A stretch of DNA of 64,000 bases, from contig JAJDCD010000012.1 in the NCBI GenBank assembly GCA_029261035.1, positions 158,776-222,775 of the forward strand. Reading direction: 5' to 3'. The stretch comes from Candidatus Omnitrophota bacterium (lineage in GTDB: Bacteria > Omnitrophota > Omnitrophia > Omnitrophales > JACROU01). The notes below the pieces were generated by a model. The model saw only the letters and a list, made by a program, of their open reading frames with translations, searched no databases and was not told the origin of the DNA. Below are positions 57,675 through 64,000 of this stretch, one piece after another. Position numbers and translations under genes: made by a program. Each line of letters starts with the position of its first letter. The first letter of the stretch is position 1.

Positions 57675-59322
57675 GTTCCACTTCCTCAAAGATAGGAATT
57701 CTTATGATAAATTGGGTTCCAAGATCTGGATTACTGATTACCTCAATATCACCCCCATGAAGCTCAATAATATATTTACTCATATACAAACCAATACCAG
57801 AACCTTTACCTTCTTTTTTTGTTGTAAATCTGAAATTAAAAATTTTCTTCTTTATTTCATCAGACATCCCACAGCCATTATCTGAAAAATCAACCTTCAG
57901 CAAAGACTCATTTTCTTCATCACGAGATGCTTTAACCGTTATTCTTTTTTCCCTCTGACTTAGTAAAGCATGTGTAGAGTTAATAAACAAATTCAAAAAC
58001 ACTTCTTGCAAACGCTCTAAATCCCCTTTAATCAAAGGTACATCAGGAGCAATATCTATATCCACATCCACCCCAGATAAGTTATCCATATAAGTCTGGA
58101 ACCGAACCAAAGGAAGAGTCTCTTCTAATACAAGTTTTAACGATAGAGGCTGCATATGCCCCTTCTCATGTTTTCGCAAAAGTCCTGTCAGCGTGTTAAC
58201 AACAGCCTTAATACGCCCTATATTTGAATCAATCTTTTTAAATACATCCAAAACTTCACTTACCTTTAAATCTTTATTTTTTCTGTATTTCAAAATAACA
58301 CGACTTACATTCATTGACAGAATAGTTAAAGGATTATTGATTTCATGCCCTACAGAAGAAGATAAACGTCCTAATGTTGCCATCTTTTGCTCGTGCAATA
58401 GTTGAGCCTGTTTATCTTGCAATTGTTTGTTAGCCTCTTCCGTTTCCTTTAATGCTTCAATTAACTTATTTTGAGCGTCTGAAAATTCAAAATTAATAGA
58501 CTCCAATTTCTTACTTTTTGTAAGGGCTTCCTCATACAAACGTGAGTTTTCCATCGAGATTGCTAATTCTTGAACTAACTGAAACAATAAAGCCAGGTCG
58601 TCCTTATGAAAACTTTTCTTATCTTTTCTTTCCCCCAATAACAAAATAATTTTCATTTCACTGCCCAGAAAACTAGGAATAATACTAGCCGATTGAAGCC
58701 TCATCATTTCTTGTTTTAACAACTCACAGGAATAAGGTGCTGGAGCCCAACTTAAACCTCGGTTAGATTCCTGAATTACAGCTTCTAATCTCTCCAAACA
58801 AACAGATTGTTTTTCATTTTCCAAAAAGCTAATTAAAGGATTTCTCTCATCTACAGACAAAGCTATTTCTTCTTTTATCAAATATCCACGTTGATAAGCT
58901 AAACGAAACAAGCCTTCTTGGTCCTTATAAAGAATAGCAGCGTTCTTAACTTCAAGTATCAGTGTAGCGAAATGTACGATCAAACTAAACAATCTTCTTC
59001 TACTGCTAACTTTTGCTAAACGACGACTCACATCTTCAAGTAAATGCTTATATATAAGTTTTCTTGGAAAAAAGACCCAATCTAGGATCGTTTCTGTATG
59101 AGGGTATAAAAGATCATAAATAACGAAGGATAAAAAAGAAACCAACCCTACCAAAACCCAATGATTAATAGTTGTGGCAGATAAAAAATATCGGTTGCAG
59201 ATATAAAGAACAAAGTAGAGAGATAAAAAAACAGTAAGGAAGAATAAAGATTTTACAGCTTGTTTTGAAATGAAGTTGATTAGCGTAGGTTTTGAACCTG
59301 GATTGAATTTTTCTCTTGCCAT
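57652..59322 (-). CDS. Membrane-bound GAF-domain sensor histidine kinase
   Basis: Two N-terminal TMs, a GAF-like region, H-box GHEINNPL, N-box QEVFLNLFINS, DNGCG, FTTK and GSGIGL. Confidence 0.95.
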   Translation of the reverse strand: MAREKFNPGSKPTLINFISKQAVKSLFFLTVFLSLYFVLYICNRYFLSATTINHWVLVGLVSFLSFVIYDLLYPHTETILDWVFFPRKLIYKHLLEDVSRRLAKVSSRRRLFSLIVHFATLILEVKNAAILYKDQEGLFRLAYQRGYLIKEEIALSVDERNPLISFLENEKQSVCLERLEAVIQESNRGLSWAPAPYSCELLKQEMMRLQSASIIPSFLGSEMKIILLLGERKDKKSFHKDDLALLFQLVQELAISMENSRLYEEALTKSKKLESINFEFSDAQNKLIEALKETEEANKQLQDKQAQLLHEQKMATLGRLSSSVGHEINNPLTILSMNVSRVILKYRKNKDLKVSEVLDVFKKIDSNIGRIKAVVNTLTGLLRKHEKGHMQPLSLKLVLEETLPLVRFQTYMDNLSGVDVDIDIAPDVPLIKGDLERLQEVFLNLFINSTHALLSQREKRITVKASRDEENESLLKVDFSDNGCGMSDEIKKKIFNFRFTTKKEGKGSGIGLYMSKYIIELHGGDIEVISNPDLGTQFIIRIPIFEEVEHEETISH

Positions 59323-59378
59323 TGCAACTCCTGTTGCTATCTTATTTTATTTCATTCATACGTTCTCACTGAAATAAT

Positions 59379-59405
59379 ATATCGGCACTCAGAACCAGAA
59401 CCTAA
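59379..59405 (-). promoter_or_regulatory. Second sigma28-like promoter, upstream of the histidine kinase
   Basis: Minus strand TTAGGTTC-N11-GCCGATAT, with the same spacing as the site at 46381-46407. Confidence 0.55.
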
Positions 59406-59484
59406 GCCTTGATGTCCAAGGAAAAATACTTAGATTTACTTAATAAACTACTTCATCCCCTACCAAATGTCAAACCATTGAAAA

Positions 59485-59569
59485 TGGTGGCGCCGGAGAG
59501 ACTTGAACTCTCACACCTTGCGGTACATGATCCTAAGTCATGCGCGTCTGCCAATTCCGCCACAGCGCC
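59485..59569 (-). tRNA. tRNA-Leu(TAG)
   Basis: GGCGCTGTGGCGGAATTGGCAGACGCGCATGACTTAGGATCATG...GTTCAAGTCTCTCCGGCGCCACCA, with a long variable arm. Confidence 0.97.
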
Positions 59570-59619
59570 AGAACTAGATTAAAATTCAGCTTGTATTACT
59601 AATTAATAATTTCACAAAG

Positions 59620-59860
59620 TGCACCGTGCACCCAAGGGAATATCCCCTTCAGCACCAGGCTAATCACTTCGCTACGCTTCGTAGCCGATGCTGGACTCAT
59701 ACCTTCCACATTTTATGATGTGGTGCATGGTCTGCCAGTCGACAAAACGATGTTTGCCTGTCGTGCACTTAGCTGTGAACCGTTTTTTGTGTTCACGCTT
59801 AGCATAGTGCATGGCCAATTCCCTGCCTGCCGGCAGGCAGGCGCCAGCTTCAGCGCCCTG
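59620..59860. repeat. GC-rich multi-hairpin REP/MITE-like cluster including a perfect 20-bp palindrome
   Basis: accgtgcacc...ggtgcatggt encloses several stems, followed by tgcact...agtgca and then CCTGCCTGCCGGCAGGCAGG at about 59822-59841. Confidence 0.65.
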
Positions 59861-59969
59861 AAGAGATCAAAATTATAAAGTATAAGCTAAAAAATAGCGA
59901 GAAAATCATATATATGATTTTCACTCTCATTTTGAATTTTTACTCTTCCATCTTTATTTGTATGGCCTA

Positions 59970-60012
59970 CCATACGAAGCTAAGGACACGCTAGTGCCTT
60001 AGCGTAGTATGG
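59970..60012. repeat. REP-like hairpin overlapping the tRNA-Lys 3' end
   Basis: ccatac-gaa-gctaagg-(loop)-ccttagc-gta-gtatgg. The last tgg is the tRNA CCA. Confidence 0.65.
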
Positions 60013-60086
60013 TGCCCGCACTAGGACTTGAACCTAGGACCCACTGATTAAGAGTCAGTTGCTCTAGCCAACTGAGCTATGCGGGC
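60010..60086 (-). tRNA. tRNA-Lys(CTT)
   Basis: GCCCGCATAGCTCAGTTGGCTAGAGCAACTGACTCTTAATCAGT...GTTCAAGTCCTAGTGCGGGCACCA. Confidence 0.97.
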
Positions 60087-60174
60087 AAAGTTATACCGCA
60101 TAGCTAAGTTGGCGTTATAGCTGCCTGTCTGCCATCTTGCTGGGCAGAAGCTATGCGGACTTATTATTTTATCT

Positions 60175-60849
60175 TTACGCCCTGTTTCTCTTCTTATCGA
60201 AATAGTCAAGGTCAGATAAAGGAACAGCTACAGATGTCGCAATATTGGTTAAATGCGCTGTAATTCGTTTAAAATACCTTGCTGTCAAAGTTAGGGAAAC
60301 GGTTTCATCGGACGGATAATTACTTTTTACTAGCTTCTTTAAAATTTCATCACAAGTCTCAGAAACTTCTCTCTCAACTTCCCATACAGATTCTGCCTTT
60401 TTTTCATCCGAATTCATAAAAGCTGTTTTTGTTTGTTTAAACAGTTGGAGAATTTTCTCATCAATAGAGTCAAACAATTCAACAAACTTCTGATTGTCTA
60501 AAGGTTTACCTGTAAATGTAGTAACTTCGTATAAGTTTTTTGAGTAATCCCCCAATCTCTCAGCATCCTTAACCACACTCATCAGCAATAACGAGGTCGA
60601 CATATCCACGGAGGGCTGAACGGCCAAATGTTCAACAATCCGTTTGCGAATTTCTTTTTCACGACTATTTACGCGGAAATCTATGTCATAAATAATCTTC
60701 TTAAGATCACCTTCTCCTTTATCGCGAATTAATTTGTCGCAAACAATCACAAACATCTCTTCTGTGTCATCCAGCATTTTTTTAAAATCCCCTAATACTT
60801 CGCTGACAAAATCACTACCTTTCCAAAACTGCATTAAATTTTTAAACAT
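60175..60849 (-). CDS. PhoU-domain protein
   Basis: Duplicated helical repeat with KDAERLGDY and RYFKRITAHLTNIA. Lies next to the Na/Pi transporter. Confidence 0.85.
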   Translation of the reverse strand: MFKNLMQFWKGSDFVSEVLGDFKKMLDDTEEMFVIVCDKLIRDKGEGDLKKIIYDIDFRVNSREKEIRKRIVEHLAVQPSVDMSTSLLLMSVVKDAERLGDYSKNLYEVTTFTGKPLDNQKFVELFDSIDEKILQLFKQTKTAFMNSDEKKAESVWEVEREVSETCDEILKKLVKSNYPSDETVSLTLTARYFKRITAHLTNIATSVAVPLSDLDYFDKKRNRA

Positions 60850-60885
60850 AGCACCTTCTCCTTTTAACCCTAAGTGGACTCATCT

Positions 60886-62019
60886 TTAATTAAATAACTT
60901 TGATATCAAAATCATCAATGCCGGAAGAATAAAAAACACTCCGGTAACATAAAATATGGCATACCTTCTCTTCTTAAATGCTAACTCACTCAAACCTTTA
61001 GCTAAGCGAATTGGAATGGTTCTAAAAATCTTAATAGGGTAAATAATAACCACACCAATAAAATTAAAGAGGAAATGAACAAATGCAATCGTAATTGCTG
61101 CTATATTCCCTGTCGCTAAAGAAGCTAAAATGGCTGTCCCCGTAGTTCCAATATTAGCTCCAAGAGTTACGGGGAAAGCAAACTCAATTGTAACAATACC
61201 AGCCGCAATCATAGGAATTAACAAGGATGTTGTAATAGAACTACTCTGAACAATGATCGTAAAAATAATCCCTGCAAAAATCCCAACAATCCCCCCTTTA
61301 GTCAAAATGTTATTTAAAACCGTTTCTGTTTTATCTAACACAAGTGACTTCATAACCTTAACAATGCCAAAAAGAGTAAAATACATAATAATAATTGAGA
61401 CCACTAAAATGAGTATGTAACTTAGATTATGTGAAGCTTCGAAAAGGTCAAGAAACATATTTTTAATATAGTTTATCGTTGGTTTGGTTACCATCTTAAG
61501 AGGGCTCGTAAATTTAATCCCTCCTATTGATTCAAACTGAGAAGACATAAACATAGCTGTTTTCTGAAGAAACCCGGTCATCAGCTCTAAAGGAAATATA
61601 ATAGCAACACAAATTAAATTGAAGAAATCATGAACCGTCGCGCCTGCAATCGCACGTTTAAATTCTTCACGGCGCGTAATATGTGCCAGAGATACTAATG
61701 TATTCGTTACCGTTGTCCCAATATTGGCACCCATAATAACAGGGATCGCATTTTCAATAGTAATCACACCCGATGCAACAATACCGACCAGAATGGAGGT
61801 TGTGGTTGAGGAACTTTGAACCAAACTTGTAGCAAGAATACCAATAAACAAACCAACGAAAGGGTTATTCGTTGTCGTCAACAAGGTTTCAGCAAAACCT
61901 TTGCCAAATCCCTTGAAAGCAGCTCCCAGCAACCCAATACTAACTAAAAACCAATAAATTAAACCAATAACAATAAGTAGCTTAAGAATGGTTTTAATTA
62001 TTTTATTATCCATACCCAC
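60886..62019 (-). CDS. Na+/phosphate cotransporter (NptA/SLC34 family)
   Basis: Two QSSS repeats, each followed by GANIGT. Confidence 0.95.
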   Translation of the reverse strand: MGMDNKIIKTILKLLIVIGLIYWFLVSIGLLGAAFKGFGKGFAETLLTTTNNPFVGLFIGILATSLVQSSSTTTSILVGIVASGVITIENAIPVIMGANIGTTVTNTLVSLAHITRREEFKRAIAGATVHDFFNLICVAIIFPLELMTGFLQKTAMFMSSQFESIGGIKFTSPLKMVTKPTINYIKNMFLDLFEASHNLSYILILVVSIIIMYFTLFGIVKVMKSLVLDKTETVLNNILTKGGIVGIFAGIIFTIIVQSSSITTSLLIPMIAAGIVTIEFAFPVTLGANIGTTGTAILASLATGNIAAITIAFVHFLFNFIGVVIIYPIKIFRTIPIRLAKGLSELAFKKRRYAIFYVTGVFFILPALMILISKLFN

Positions 62020-62143
62020 CTAAACGAAAAATGCATTCTACATTCAGAAATCAATAAGAAATTAGATTTAAACTTTATACAGGAACGTAATACTATAACA
62101 AAACCTCTACATTGTCACATTGAAATTGCACCAAAAAGCAACT

Positions 62144-62174
62144 TTTACATTCACCTTACAATTGCTTTACATTC
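62144..62174. promoter_or_regulatory. Pho-box-like direct repeats upstream of the Na/Pi transporter
   Basis: TTTACA-N5-CTTACA-N5-TTTACA, an 11-bp period, read on the plus strand. Confidence 0.55.
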
Positions 62175-62213
62175 AAGGGCTAAAACACTCATTCAATTCA
62201 AAACTCAACACAA

Positions 62214-62259
62214 TAAAAAGGGTCAAGATTACAACTTCACGTATCCTTGACCCTTTTTA
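62214..62259 (-). terminator. Probable bidirectional intrinsic terminator
   Basis: taaaaagggtcaag...cttgacccttttta stem with A/T tracts at both ends, about 25 nt past the stop at 62285. Confidence 0.7.
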
Positions 62260-62284
62260 ATTTTAAATTAAAATCTCAACAAGC

Positions 62285-62674
62285 TTATTTTACAGTAAAT
62301 ACAATAATTGACGTTGCCCCATTTGCAACAAAATTAGCTCTGTACTTACCTGACTTCAATTTTTCACCACTTAATAGTTTATCCAAAGCACCTTTTGGAG
62401 CTTCAAATAATAATAGAGCTGGAGCAGCTCCCGCTTGTGGGTTCCCAGAAGCATCTGCTTTAAAAATATTAACAATTACTTGACCTTCTCCTTCAACTTC
62501 AATCTTTGAATTAGAAGGAACTGTACCTTCAACTTCAGCGAAAACACTCCCCTTCACAGCTTCTTGTCCATTGATAGAAACTTTAAAAGGATATATTGGA
62601 TCCGTTTCTGCATTTGCAATAGAACCTAAAGAACAAAAAATACCCATCATTAAAATCACCAACATTTTATTCAT
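62285..62674 (-). CDS. Small secreted hypothetical protein
   Basis: 129 aa. Signal peptide ending ANA, GGAG RBS, beta-rich mature part. Confidence 0.8.
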   Translation of the reverse strand: MNKMLVILMMGIFCSLGSIANAETDPIYPFKVSINGQEAVKGSVFAEVEGTVPSNSKIEVEGEGQVIVNIFKADASGNPQAGAAPALLLFEAPKGALDKLLSGEKLKSGKYRANFVANGATSIIVFTVK

Positions 62675-62690
62675 AACACTTCTCCTCTTT

Positions 62691-62777
62691 TGAGATCCTA
62701 TCAGTCGCGCTTGGTCGCGCTCCTTCAGGATAAATTAGTACGGGCAACTTCAGCCTCACTGCGTGAGTCTAAGTTGT
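62691..62777. repeat. Two REP-like hairpins between dcd and the secreted protein gene
   Basis: atcct...aggat stem with internal gtcgcgct repeats, then caactt-c-agcctcac-tgc-gtgagtct-aagttg. Confidence 0.55.
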
Positions 62778-62785
62778 GTACTCAT

Positions 62786-63313
62786 TTACTTGTCTTGAAA
62801 AACTCGACTCCCCACAGTTTGAAGTTGTCCCTGGTACTTCCCACTATAAGGTGTTTCTGCCGCGTTATCCATTTTACAAAAAACCAACTGACAAACCCGT
62901 CTACCAGCCTCTAACTTGATGGGTAATGAATTTGCATTATATAGCTCTAATGTAATCCTTCCTTTAAAACCAGGATCTACCCATCCTGCATTTTGAATAA
63001 ACAGACCCATACGACCAATAGAGCTTCGCCCTTCAACAAAAGCCGTTAGGTCCTCAGGAAGTTCGATGTACTCTTGAGTTGTAGCTAAAATAAAGGAATG
63101 AGGTGGAAGTGTTATTTCTTTGGATTGTAACTTGCGGTATTTAATTTCGGAATTTAAGGTAAGGATATCCATGTTGTTTTCATCGACAACAAGAAAATCA
63201 TCTCCCAAAGTGCAATCAACCGAAGCTGGTTGAACACCATTTGAAGCCAAAGGTTCAATTTTTAATTTCTTTTGTTCTAGATATTGTTTAATTGTCTTAT
63301 CAGATAAAATCAT
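62786..63313 (-). CDS. dcd: dCTP deaminase
   Basis: ILSD, QPASVD, EGRSSIGRMG and AGWVDPGFKGRITLEL. Confidence 0.96.
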   Translation of the reverse strand: MILSDKTIKQYLEQKKLKIEPLASNGVQPASVDCTLGDDFLVVDENNMDILTLNSEIKYRKLQSKEITLPPHSFILATTQEYIELPEDLTAFVEGRSSIGRMGLFIQNAGWVDPGFKGRITLELYNANSLPIKLEAGRRVCQLVFCKMDNAAETPYSGKYQGQLQTVGSRVFQDK

Positions 63314-63319
63314 AAAACC

Positions 63320-63778
63320 CTAACTTTTGTTATTCGCTGTTAATTGTTCAACAGCAATTTGCTTCATCTTTTCAACCATAGAATAAAAACCATTAGTACG
63401 ATTTGCACTAAGCTGATTTTCCAAACCCAATTGGGTGAATATATTTTTAACATCCGTTGTTAATATAGTTTCAGGAGTTTGATGATTGAATAAGGCCATC
63501 AAAACAGCAACAAGGCCTTTTACAATATGAGAGTCACTATCCGCTTTAAAAGAAACAACACCTTTGTCTTCTAATAAAGATTCTCTAACTAACCATACCT
63601 GGCTAGAACAACCGCGAACACGATATTCCTCAACCTTAAATTCTTCAGGAAAAGCAGAGATTTTTTTGCCTAACTGGATAAGAAAACGATACTTCTCTTC
63701 CCATGAGTCTAGTAGCTGAAAATTTCTAAGAATACGATCAATCGTAATTGTTTTGTTTTCCGGAGTAACTGTAGACAT
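63320..63778 (-). CDS. sufE: SufE family Fe-S cluster assembly protein
   Basis: WEEKYRFLIQLG, VRGCSSQVW, ADSDSHIVKGL and LSANRTNG. Confidence 0.93.
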   Translation of the reverse strand: MSTVTPENKTITIDRILRNFQLLDSWEEKYRFLIQLGKKISAFPEEFKVEEYRVRGCSSQVWLVRESLLEDKGVVSFKADSDSHIVKGLVAVLMALFNHQTPETILTTDVKNIFTQLGLENQLSANRTNGFYSMVEKMKQIAVEQLTANNKS

Positions 63779-63785
63779 GGGGAAA

Positions 63786-64000
63786 TTAAACCAATCCGCC
63801 TTCTATTCCCTTACGAATAACTGCTGTGGCATTGTGGCTATGAAGAGATTCCCAGTGCTCCACAGAAACAACCCAATCCTTAATTCTTTTCTCTGCATTC
63901 AACTCTACACTTAAATTTCTAGACGCATGCTCCACAAAAATAGGATTAGCTCCGTTCAAAATTGCAAATGCTTGTTCATCTACTCTTTTTACTAAACTTT
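63786..64000 (-). CDS. folE2: GTP cyclohydrolase FolE2 (type IB), 3' end only
   Basis: Not in the ORF track. The minus strand reads LVKRVDEQAFAILNGANPIFVEHASR...EHWESLHSHNATAVIRKGIEGGLV*. Confidence 0.88.
   Translation of the reverse strand, partial: SLVKRVDEQAFAILNGANPIFVEHASRNLSVELNAEKRIKDWVVSVEHWESLHSHNATAVIRKGIEGGLV

Noticed and set aside
59620-59860. tmRNA, RNase P RNA or SRP RNA
   Set aside because: I could not find their diagnostic signatures (tRNA-like ends with a T-loop and CCA, or GAGGAAAGTCC).
57070-60086. Prophage or integrative element at the tRNA genes
   Set aside because: No integrase, phage genes or duplicated tRNA 3' end (att site) was seen.

Overview
AT-rich bacterial window in which every credible gene lies on the minus strand. 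The left 36.2 kb is one giant open reading frame that the ORF track misses because it has no stop codon inside the window. It starts at ATG 36230, has its own near-consensus sigma70 promoter and AGGAGG RBS, and runs off the left edge after at least 12,076 codons. The protein carries, in order: an N-terminal signal/anchor, a JAB/MPN-like HxH..PSxxD motif, several distinct YD/RHS-like beta-hairpin repeat arrays (63-aa units grouped in 252-aa super-repeats, ~60-aa YEG units, 51-aa and 46-aa units), six ~305-aa helical repeats, a ~2,300-aa helical stalk, and a beta-rich region ending in a hydrophobic segment at the edge. Directly upstream is a TolC-MFP-RND-RND operon preceded by a sigma28-like promoter. 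The rest is mostly housekeeping: proS, rseP, dxr, cdsA, uppS, purA, serA, clpP, tig, tRNA-Gly, a response regulator/GAF histidine kinase pair, tRNA-Leu, tRNA-Lys, a PhoU-like gene, a Na/Pi cotransporter, a small secreted protein, dcd, sufE and the 3' end of folE2. Several REP-like hairpins lie in the intergenic spaces. The style of the giant gene suggests Omnitrophota (OP3), but this is inference. All translations and motif calls were read by eye, without database searches.
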